NCBI GenBank assembly: GCA_032718475.1
Contig: JAUCBJ010003667.1
Coordinates: forward strand, 22,272-86,271
From: Nemertoderma westbladi
Lineage: Eukaryota; Animalia; Xenacoelomorpha
Direction: 5' to 3'
Length of the DNA: 64,000 nucleotides
Position numbers and translations under genes: made by a program. Shown piece after piece: positions 12,401-22,833 of this stretch (position 1 is the stretch's first letter; every line of letters starts with the position of its first letter). The notes beneath the pieces were generated by a model, which was given only the letters and a program-made list of their open reading frames with translations, was not told the DNA's origin and did no database searches.

Positions 12401-14047
12401 TTTCATGGAATCCGAGAACTCCTGGATATTCTGTGGGTCCCCTAGGGATCCAGCGTCCTGTATCAGTTTCTCGAGAGTTTTATTAATTATAGTTCCGATA
12501 TTTCCGTATCTTTTGTCTAGAGTTTTCCATGCGTCGTAGTACGCTTCATGAGATCCTCCCTCGAAACATTTAATGATTTGACGTGGTTTGTCACCCAGGT
12601 ATTGGGATAAATATACCAGTTTTTGTGCGTCAGTTATATCCGTTGACCCAATCTGAGCGAAGAACCGTTTTTTGAATCCGAGGTAATCGACGGGGTCTCC
12701 CTCGAAGGTGCGGATCTCCATCTTGGGCATAGCCAGGCGGTTTTCCAATGCTCGGATAATGCCGACGTCGTCTGAACTGGAATGACTAGGAGGATTATAG
12801 TTATTAACACTCTCTCCCATGCACGATGGGTCGATGAGAGGTGGAGTTTTAATGATGACGCGGTTACAGATTTGTGGTGTGGATGTAAACGGATTGTTGG
12901 ATCGAGGGGTGGCGTCCCGTTCCGAGTCCTTTTCAGGCTCTTACTTGGGAACGCTCGGTGCCGTGGGGTTGGATGGGAAATAAGGTTCCTCATTCTTAAG
13001 CGTAACTGGTGGGGGATGGAATACCGGTGCTTGTGCCGATAACGTAGACTGTATGGTTGGCGGGAACTCGGGTTTTGGAGGTTTCGCCGCCGGTGGCGTA
13101 AATGACTTCTCTAATTCCCGGACCGGGATTGGTTCATAGTTCTGTTCTATACCCCTTTCCCAGTCCTCGTATAGTTGAAGATCCCGTTCTATGAGTGCGG
13201 CTTCGTAGTCCGCGAGTTTCGCAATATCCGCATTCTTTTTATGGATGAGAATCGTTTGGGCCTCGGCATGTTGTTTACGCATTTCTGCCTCTAGTTTACA
13301 TTGTTCGGCCTCTTCTTCAGCCTGTTGTCCGGCCTATCGTTTACGTTGTTCGGCCTGTTGTTCGGCCTCTCGTTTACGTTGTTCGGCCCGTTGTTTGGCC
13401 TCTCGTTTTTGCATTTCGGCTGCCAATACATCCTGTTCGATCTGCAGTTGGACATATTTGTCTTCCATTCGAGCTTTAAGGGCCAATGCCCTTTGTTCTC
13501 GTAGCTGATCTCGGAGTGGCTGACCCCCTTGAGAACTGCGCGCTGAACCGGATATCTCGCTACTAGCGCTGGAGTGCTGGTGCCTCGAGGACCCTGTTCT
13601 CTTTCGATGGATTGCTGTCCTGGTGCTGGAGGTCCGCACCGATTCTGCGTCTGTCCTTTCAGTTCTCTTATAGTACTGTTCCTCGTAGCCTCTTACGAGG
13701 CTGAGGGTCCTCCGATGTTGTTTGCGGAACTCATCCAGATGTACAACGTGTTCTTCCAGTCTGGGGTAGTTTACCTGATCTGTTGCGGGAATGAGTTCTT
13801 GATATGATTGTATCATCCGTTCGTATTGTTGTAAGATACTTCGGATATTCTGTAGCTGAGTCTGTATCTCGTTGAGGGGGGTTTCGACCCCCCTTAGTTG
13901 TTTCTCTATACGTTGATATGCTCGAGTGACTCCACCTTTGAGAGCGCCTAGTCGACGGGCCATGTTCTTTACGTTCGGTACCTCGTCCATTTCTGAGTCT
14001 GTGGGGCGGTCCATCTCATCGGTGTCGGAGACGTTATTCGTCGTCAT
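9420..14047 (-). mobile_element. Decayed BEL/Pao gag-pol: gag, three Cys/His knuckles, aspartic protease, RNase H C-terminus and integrase; RT deleted, integrase C-terminus missing
   Basis: Gag: MPKMEIRTFEGDPVDYLGFKKRF...QKLVYL; knuckles CLFCGEKH, CFRSLETGH, CAVCNDLRHHTLLH. Protease: LAFLDNG...LLIGLD...TIMGWT. RNase H end: FVANR...ENPADLSSRG...LWLTGPEFL. Integrase: MADLP, GVDCFGP, SDNGTNFVG, GVWEKLI, LTPNHLL. In-frame stops at 13334, 12941, 11281 and a frameshift at ~12095. Confidence 0.92.
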
Positions 14048-14457
14048 TCTAGCGCCTCGTTGATAGCTAGATATGCGATATCGTAATATAGTTCTTCGTA
14101 GGTCTTGTATTCAGCCTGGACTACCCGAACGGTAATCCTGAATCGTCCAACGTTTGTTCATTGTACTTCGACTTCGACGTGCCAGATTCCTGGCTCAACT
14201 TGGATTATATCAATGGGTGTGATCGATACTTCCATTCCATTCCCTCCACGACTCTCTATATGTGATCTGCTGACTACGAGTTTTTTAATTTGAGTTTGTA
14301 ATTTGATCGAACCACGGCTTTGTCTTAAATCAAATACCAGAGTTTCCTCGTAGTGGGTGCTGGGTAAGCATGGAGAGAGTTTGAAGAGTATTGTAGGATT
14401 CCCAACTTCCACCAGTTGAAGTTGGCCGCGTCTTATTCTCAATTTTGTTGCCATTAT

Positions 14458-14468
14458 TCCTGACACCA
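14458..14468 (-). promoter_or_regulatory. Primer-binding site, tRNA-Leu-like
   Basis: Minus-strand TGGTGTCAGGA directly follows ...CCCCCA and is complementary to a tRNA-Leu-type 3' end (…TCCTGACACCA). Confidence 0.6.
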
Positions 14469-15880
14469 TGGGGGAAAACGCCGATGCTGGAGGCGGAACT
14501 TTTCAGACCACGGAATCCCAGCCAGTCACCGGATATTGGTAGAGGAGAAGGAATACTTTCTTGAATGCAAGATTGCGGTTGAGAAAAGTTTCATTGGTTG
14601 GATATAATCTTTAATGTAACTTCCCTACGGTTGAATCTAATCTCACTGAACCTTGATTGAGAATAAGTTGGGCTTCCCCAAACCAATATACACCAAATAT
14701 TCACAATAATATAACACGACAATATAAATCCCTACAGTACATTATTTAATTACCCACTGTTCGCTCAGATTTTAACCTAACTAATGTTCCCCAATTTTCC
14801 CTCGGTCCTAGTCTCGGTACCATAGTGTCGGTGTCGGTCGACCCTGTTGCGTGTCCGTCCCACCCTTCCCAAACCCCGAAGGGATCGGTCATCAGGCAAG
14901 CGGTACAGCTTGGCTAAGGGTCGGTCAAGTCGGTAGACCCGGTTGCGTGTCTGTCCCACCCTTCCCAAACCCCGAAGGGATCGGTCATCAGGAAAGCGGT
15001 ACGGCTTGGCTAGGGGTCTGTCGTGTCGGTGGACCCGTTTGCATGTCCGTCCCACCCTTCCCGAACCCCGAAGGGATCGGTCATCAGGAAAGCGGTACGG
15101 CTTGGCTACGGGTCCGTCGGTTCATCACAGGGACCCAACCACCTAAGCTTTCCGAGTCCTTATTCAGGCTCGTAGTCGCTTCGGTAGCCGAGAAGCTGCT
15201 CCGAACAGTCGGTAGGCCAGTGGAGTCCGGTCCTTTGTCTTTCGACCCTGTTGCGTGTCCGTCCCGCCCTTCCCAAACCCCGAAGGGATCGGTCATCAGG
15301 AAAGCGGTACGGCTTGGTAAGGGGTCTGTCAGCCCGTCGTGAGCCCCAACGGTTGGTGGTTTTCCGAGTCCTTATTCAGGCTCGTACTAACGCCGGTCGT
15401 GGAACCCACTCCAGGAAGGCAGTCCTCGTTGAACCCTTCCTCCGTTAGTCAGTCGACCCGTCGCAAGTCCCTGGCGTATGTCGGCAGGCTTTCCGAGTCC
15501 TTATTCAGGCTCGTACTAACTGCCGGCGACCAGGGACCGCTAAAGGTCTGTCTGTCGGTTCCCGTCGCAAATCCCTGACACAAGCAGCAGACTTTCCGAG
15601 TCCTTATTCAGGCTCGTAATAACTGCTGTTGGCCAGGGACCGCTAAGGGCAGTCCTTGTCCTTTAGACCTAGCGAGTTACCAAATCCACCTCTACAGGCA
15701 GCAGGAAGTTGGCTAGGCCTAATAGTAATCAGGGAAACCTGAATACTGCTTAACTTTGCCTCCCACCCCTGGCCCTTAAATACATGAAATGAGTCCCGTA
15801 CCCCGTAAGTCGCCCCAATATTCGCCCATAAATCGCCCCCAGTCCATTGAATGTGCCCAAATCCCATGTTCCCGCACCCA
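14469..15880 (-). mobile_element. Putative 5' LTR (~1.4 kb) with internal structured repeats
   Basis: Minus strand TGGG…CCCA termini, abutting the PBS. TATA-like TATTTAA at ~15780 and ATTAAA at ~14610. The outer boundary is inferred from the terminal IR and the switch to REV3L sequence. Confidence 0.55.
14843..15618. repeat. Two interleaved repeat families in the LTR: four ~96-bp units and four 26-bp units
   Basis: tcatcag cores at 14889, 14985, 15081, 15293. tttccgagtccttattcaggctcgta at 15149, 15361, 15490, 15593. Confidence 0.9.
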
Positions 15881-15934
15881 GTAGTGATATCGGAATATTC
15901 ATTTAAAATAAATCCAAAAAATATTCAACTCGCG

Positions 15935-18932
15935 TTAAGAAAAGTTGAAATACCGCAAACAACCGAGAATAGGATCGGTTGCAGGGTCGGCTGTCAGATC
16001 CCTCTGAGGTCGACACATTAACTCCAAACTCATCAGTGTCAAGTGCTGATTTTCGTGTTGACTTTCAAATGCCATGTCCGAATCCTTTTGATTGGCAAAC
16101 TTACACCCAAACAGGTTATCTGGGGTGTTTTGTATTCCTGATGTGTCAGTTTTTCGCTTAGGTTTTGGAGTCGCTTGCATCTCACGTTGCCGTTGCAGTT
16201 GGTTAACCAGAATATGTAGCAATGAGTTTCGATCTCGTCTCTTCACCAGCTGAGTGAATGATCCGCCATCATGAGTGGATAGCGGGGTAATACCATCAAC
16301 TACACCATGTAAATGTGCCAATCCATTGTTACCAGGTGTACTACAGCTCTGGGACTGCAGGAAGGCTTTGGAAGGATGTAAAAAACTTTCCGATAAGTCA
16401 TAAAATGTGTCATCATGAGTGTTGCATATTAGTGAATTATTGTTAGATGGCGTATTAGATAAATGATGACTCACTGGATTGTAAGAGAAGGGATTAGAGG
16501 GAGATAAACTTATTGAGTTGTTGGATAATGGATTAGAAGATGGTAAACTAATTGGAGGACTTACTAAATTACTAGATAATGAATGAGTTATTGGAATATT
16601 AGACAAAGGATTGGATGAAGAATGACTTATTGAATTGTTGGATAACAGATTGGACAAAGTTCGACTTATTGTATTATTAGACAACGGGTTGGAAGATGGT
16701 ATATTTGTAGGAAGTTGACCACAAGTTAGAGGAGAATCAGAACCTTCATAACTCGAGAACAAATCCCCACCAGTTGTGTTATTGAATGACGGCTTATTTT
16801 CATCTACTTTGCCAGCTGGTGTGTTACAAGCCATTTCGCTTTGACTTTGAGTGACACCTGTTGTCTTACACATGTTACTCTGAGTGACAGCTGGTGTGCT
16901 ACACGTGATACCTTGAGTAACTCCCTTTGAATTTTTGCAATCCAACATTATCTTGTTGAACACCCACGCATAAACTGTTGAATATGACGGTGGAGGTTCA
17001 ATGGGTGATATAATAGTGACATCATGAGAGTTTATATGAGTGGTAGGAAACTCTTCGGGATTTTCCCTTAATGGTGGTGGGAAAACTGGTTCGATAATAA
17101 TGACCTCGTTAATGTTATTATCATTGTCGTTTGTCATAATTAGCTGTTACAAAACTTAAATTATAAATGATTTATGAAGGTAAAGTGATTGTGTTAGAAA
17201 TTATATCCTGCTGTATCCTCATTTCTTACCATCAGTTAGGAACTTCTACTTTTTGAAGATTTTATGAAAAATCTTTAACAATAAATGTCTATTCTCAAAA
17301 GGCGCAGGATATCGACGTCAATTGAAATAAATATAATTAATAAAATACACAAAATCTCTTAAATGTATAAAATATTATTATAAATACAAAAGTATATAAA
17401 TATTAAAAGGACTTGTTTCACAACTCAATGATTAGGCCTATTATAAATTCATTAATTTATGAAATTCTAAAATTAAAATTAAAATACAATACAATTATTA
17501 ATATAATTATTTATTAATAATGTAATAAGATAATAATTGATTCATTTTAAATACACGAATATTAATTAACATTGGTTTATTTCATATGAATCAATTATTA
17601 TCTTAATACATTAGTATAATAATAATAATATATACCGGTACATATCATTGCAGGTGGATATTTGCTGAGATTATTTGATAGTTTTGTAGGAATTGACTTG
17701 ATTACTATTAAATTAAGAGTAACTGTAATGAAAAAAAAGTATTTGCAATAAATTTAATCCCATATTTAAATTTAAATTTATTTCAAATTATTTTATAATT
17801 TAATATAATATTATTATGATATAAAAATCATTCAGACACTAATATCTGACTCATTTCCATAACTTCGTCATCAACATTTATATCAGTATCAAGAGGATCA
17901 CAACCCAAAATAGAATCTTTATCAATATTATAATTCAGATAAACCAACATCGATAGCTTCTGGCTCCTCATCTAAGCCGCCGACACTAATTATATTGTTA
18001 CTTAGATCAGCAGTTTCATTAAACTCATCTAGATGCAAATCTAACTGACTACACACCGTCCACGCCAATTCGCTTTCGGTGACGTCACTTCCGCTAAGAG
18101 GGGAAGTCAGTTCAGAGTTCTCAAACATTAAAGGGCTAGTTAAAGTGGAGTCTTTCTTTAGCAGAACGTCGATAAAGCTATCGAATACATCATTGCGGTT
18201 TTCTGTAGGAAGTTTTCTTACAAAAAATTATCAAGATCTTGTCGATAAGGGGAGTCGATCTGTGATGGTTTCCCAGCCAACCGAAGTCTATAGCCTTCTC
18301 CTCCTCCCAGAGGTAAGCCAACCCAGGAATCATTCCTCCACCCTCCACTGCCTCCCTGTTCAATATATCATATATCATATCATATTCGTACTGTCATACC
18401 GTATAAATTAAAATCAATAAAAAATTGCAACAAAAATGGAATGTGCGATTCGTGGGGTTGAAACTGCATCCCCATGACTAGGCTACTCCAGACAGCCAGA
18501 TAACAACACCTCTGCAAGTTTACCTATAAGAGTTGGCCGGTATAAATAAATCTTAAGGAATCTGGTCTCCCCACTGTGGTAGCCGTAGAACGGAGTTCCA
18601 GCAACTCGAGTTATCTTGAAAACGTGTTGGGTAGGTGTGCCGCAATCAGAGCTCCTACCGAGGGCGACATCCATGGATTTATCGACGGCGTCAGCGAACT
18701 GGTTGAGATCGATGTCTCGCGAGTACACGGTGTAGAGATACGGGAAGACGCCATGTACGTGAAGGCAGGTCTTTGAACCGGTCAGCCGGTTGCCGACGGA
18801 CCGAATATTCGTATAATGGGAACTTTAGCAACGCGGCCGCATCTGAATTCGGATGTAACAACGTCTAGGCCAGGTACCAGGAGATGGAATGTCCAAGCAG
18901 AAATCGGCGTCGACAATACGCATAGAAAACAT
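15935..18932 (-). pseudogene. REV3L: REV3L (DNA polymerase zeta catalytic subunit), disrupted 5'/middle fragment lacking the polymerase domain
   Basis: ATG at 18932: MFSMRIVDADF…KVPIIRIFG…KTCLHVHGVFPYLY…QHVFKITRVAGTPFYGYH…FLKIYLYRP…FQPHESHIPFLLQFFIDFNLYGM…DILNR…PGLAYLWEEEK. ORF 15935-17137 has DTSGIQNTPDNLFGCKF and HENQHLTLMSLELMCRPQRDLTADPATDPI, matching REV3L just upstream of the exonuclease-like/polymerase region. Several frameshifting insertions and a deletion are present. Confidence 0.9.
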
Positions 18933-19011
18933 TATCAGCTCAGTCTGTCAGTCAGTTCCGCAGTTACCGGTACGGCAGTACGGTAGCCTATCGTATATGC
19001 CAGATCCAGAC

Positions 19012-19509
19012 TGGAATCCATACACTTTGCGCCGGATTAATCCGGCGCACTTTACAATAAAAGCGCGCCAATGTGGCGCATGGCGCGCTCGAAAATCGTA
19101 AAGTGCGCCGGCTTTGGCACGTGGCGCTCCCAAAAATAAAAACCGGCGCCAATTTGTTGGTTAAACAATTACGGAAGTGCCTTAAAAATTGCATTAGCTG
19201 TTAAAAAATTTCGGCTCGCTTCGCTCGCCTTTCTTTTTTCTGTTGTATGGTTACTGGTACTGCTGAACAGGGACATGTACAGCTCTACAGCAGTACCGGT
19301 ACTGACATTGGCCATTGCCATTGGCAGACTGGTCAGCTGGTTACACTCCTTCAAAATTGCCTTGGCGCGGCGCTCTTCAAAATTGTTTCAAATGTGCGGA
19401 ACGCTTAAAAATTTCGTTGGCGCAGGGTTTGCTTTGAAATTGCATCGGCGCGTGGCGCGCATAAAAATTGGTTGGCGCGCTATCCGGCGCACTTTTTGGA
19501 TGGATTCCA
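19012..19509. mobile_element. Small non-autonomous TIR element (MITE-like)
   Basis: 10-bp terminal inverted repeat TGGAATCCAT…ATGGATTCCA with GGCGC-rich subterminal motifs; no clear TSD. Confidence 0.45.
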
Positions 19510-21452
19510 TACAGGTGCCAGATGCGTAGCGTATGCCTCCATTACCGATTACAGATAATACCGGACCGGTACTGTCTGACTGTGTACACTGCAGCACTGG
19601 TAGACCTACAGCATTAAAGTTCTGAAGTTGCTTGCAGTCGCAGTGTCAGAGCAGAGTGTCACAGTGTTACCTACATCAGTACATTGCTGCTGTGCTAGTG
19701 CTGGGCCGGTAGCCTTCGCTTACTGGGTACGGTACTGACTTAGGCCTACAGCCAGACAGCCTTAGCCTAGCCCCTAGCCTGCTAGCTGCCTAGGCAGCTA
19801 GGCCAGGGCCAGCCGCCTCCGCCTATACAGCTAGGCCTATATGGAATATTGACAAACAGTGCGCCACAGGCGCACAAGGGTTGTGCCCGTTGTGGTTAAA
19901 CGAAAAGCGCACCAGCCCCAGCCATGACATCCAATGCGCGCCAACCATATTCTGTCATTGAAATCTTCATTGATCGAAAGGATACATGCTGACATGACCG
20001 AACGTAATCAGCTGATCGAACATAACCGCAATTATGTTACATTGGATCCTATAACTACGAAATATGTTACATTCGATCTACAAATTACTAAGCCCGAATG
20101 TAACATTGCCATTTAAAGGGTCCGACGAATCTGTACAAAAAAGTACAAAAAAATACAAAATAGTACAATATAGCAGTATAGTACAAAAGAATACAAAAGA
20201 GTACAATAAAGTGCAAAAATAGTAAAAAAGAGTGCAAAAATAGTACAAAAGAGTACAAACGAGTGAGAAACGCTTTGCATAACATGTATCTAAGTGTAGT
20301 TCAAATCGTGTAGAGGGGCGCACTCGCGCACATGATGTGGAAAATAAAACAAAGCATTGTTTGATTGTGGGGCGAGCCACGCATTGAGAGAGGGGCTGAT
20401 CCTAGCTGTCTAGCAGTCAGAGAGTATGACAATACAATCTTAGGCCTGAGTTTTAATGCAGCTTTTTGTGTTCGAAAAACACAAAAAACGGCTCCAATTG
20501 CTCGAAAAATTGCAGTGGGAGATCTCACAGTCTCACTAAGGTTGCAAATAGACAGATAAAGGCATACTTACATAGCCTAAATAAAGTAGCATACACAGTC
20601 TATCCTTCAGTATATGGGCTACCTTAAGACTATGACCTAAATTTTGAGTCTCAGGTATAGGCAGATAGGAGTTTATATCTACCCACTGCCCCTATTGAAA
20701 AGTTTTACATGTACGCCGAGCACGTTCGGCGCAGCACTAGAACTTGCGCCGGGAGCTGGCGCAGAAATGTGCTACGCCGGGCAATGAGCCGGAAGGGTCG
20801 GCGCAGAGATGTGCTACGCCGGCGTAGCCGGCGGAGCACTGCCAATGGTAGAGATGCTGCGCTCGGCGCAGCAGGCGTCGAAATATTCCCGGCGTCGACG
20901 CTGCAGAAATTGACCCGGCGCCGGAGCAGGAATCAGCCCAGCACACCCGGCGTACATATTTGCCTGGCGCAGAAATCAGCCGAACCTAGCACCAGGCAGA
21001 CAGTGAGACTGAGACAACAGACATGCGTTCATCAGACCAACAGCACAGCAACACAATAACAACTGGCATTGCAGGAGGGAGAAAGGAAACTCACACTGCA
21101 GCACTGGCTGACTGCAACTGGTCATTTATTTACGTATTTAACCTTACAGCCTTATGCTGTTATGCAGTAGGCAGGTAGGCTATCACAGTTCCAGCTATCA
21201 GCTGATCAGTCATTATTGGTATTGCTATTGGTCATAGTCAGATTATTTATTTTACATAATATTGCTGTATTGTATAAGCTATATTTATATTATATTATAT
21301 TATTTGGATGGAGACACCGCTGTCATAGAAGCGTATAAATAAAACTGCACATATAATAAAACAGGCAGACAGAATGAAGTTGAATAGTGAATAAAACAAA
21401 ACGACTTATACTATGGCACTATTGATAATGAAACAATTTATTACCGACACAC

Positions 21453-22190
21453 ATGTGTAACCATTGGAAATTGAGTTCAATGACTCCAAGTGCAAGGTCA
21501 TGCATGCATCTAGGTTCTAGAAATCCCCAAGCAACTTTTTACACAATGAATGGACGGACACTTTTATCGGCAACCGAGGAACGTGATTTTGGAATTACAT
21601 TTACACCAGACTTGTCCTTCACAGCATCACAGCTCACTGCACAAAGACTGCAGCCCGCTCCATGCGAGTCGTACATTTAATACGAAGAACTTTTACATAT
21701 TTGGAAGCTCCGATGTTTACCCTCTGACCCTGTTATACAAATCCCTTGTTCGGCCTCTCCTTGAATACGACACAGTTGTTTGTTCGCCATTCCTCCGACA
21801 TGATAAATATTGAACGTCTTGAACAAGTACAACACCGTGTGGTCACTCGCCTTGTACAGTTGTACTATCGCTGGCTGAGTTGTCATATGAAAACCGACTA
21901 CTTGCACTCAAACTACCGACATTAATATATTGCCGTGTACTAGCCGACCTTATAACAACATACAAGTTTATCAACGGGATTAACAAAATTGAGCGAAGTA
22001 ATTTCTTCCAGTTTCGTTCCTAACTCCACCAATGCTAACACGCAACAACTTTGCAGACACCGTTGTAAACATTTGGAATCCTTTACCATTACCGGAAAGT
22101 GTTGTTAATGCACGTAATACCCTTGGTACTCAATGATTGAGCATATTCAAAAAAAGACTAGACTGCGAAATGTCCCTTAAAATGAATATA
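21453..22190 (+). mobile_element. Degraded CR1/L2-type LINE 3' fragment
   Basis: Motifs MHLGSRNP, EERDFGI and LYKSLVRPLLEY lie in shifting frames, as in RT C-terminal regions. Confidence 0.75.
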
Positions 22191-22833
22191 TAGTGATACT
22201 CCTGTGCCCCAAGTGGCAGTAGCGAAAGCGAAAACGATTTCTTTATTAAAATCTAGCTACAGTACCTATTTTTTTTTTTTTTTTTAAATATAGTTTTTTA
22301 TGTTTAATTGTTTTCCTATCTTTTGTAGTTACTTTACTTTGCGCGTTTTATTTCTACAGTAATATTTTACTTATGCGACATACGGTACTACTGTACAGTA
22401 CAGTGTACCTGCGGTACCAAATTTATGTTCCGTATAACTACGTATTGTTGTGTTGTATCCTATAGTGTATTGTAAACTTGTCCTTATTAATATGTTTGCC
22501 TTTAGTACTGTATGTTGTTGAAGCCCTTGAACCTACTGTAAGTATGCTTTGCCGGTTTTTAATTTAATTTTAGTGTAATTTCATTTTTTTTTATAATTAT
22601 TATGCACCAACTGTACTGTAAGTACTGTAAATAAACTATAATTTTAAATATTTTACTAATTTTACCTGAATACCATTATCCGTATTTTTAGTACAATAGT
22701 ACATACGCTTATTAGCGTACTTTGCCAGATGTGTTCATTTTATTTTAATCTACTGTACGTGTACGTACATGTGCAAAAATTAATATTATATTGTTATTCT
22801 GGCGATATTAATAACATAACATATATACACGAA

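Noticed and set aside
14860-15320. Canonical hammerhead ribozymes
   Set aside because: CUGAUGA and stem II are present, but GAAA is GAAG and stems I/III cannot be formed around an NUH site. Kept only as a structured-RNA candidate.
15149-15618. CRISPR-like array (identical 26-bp repeats with spacers)
   Set aside because: Eukaryotic LTR context, irregular 77-186-bp spacers that partly resemble each other, and no cas genes.
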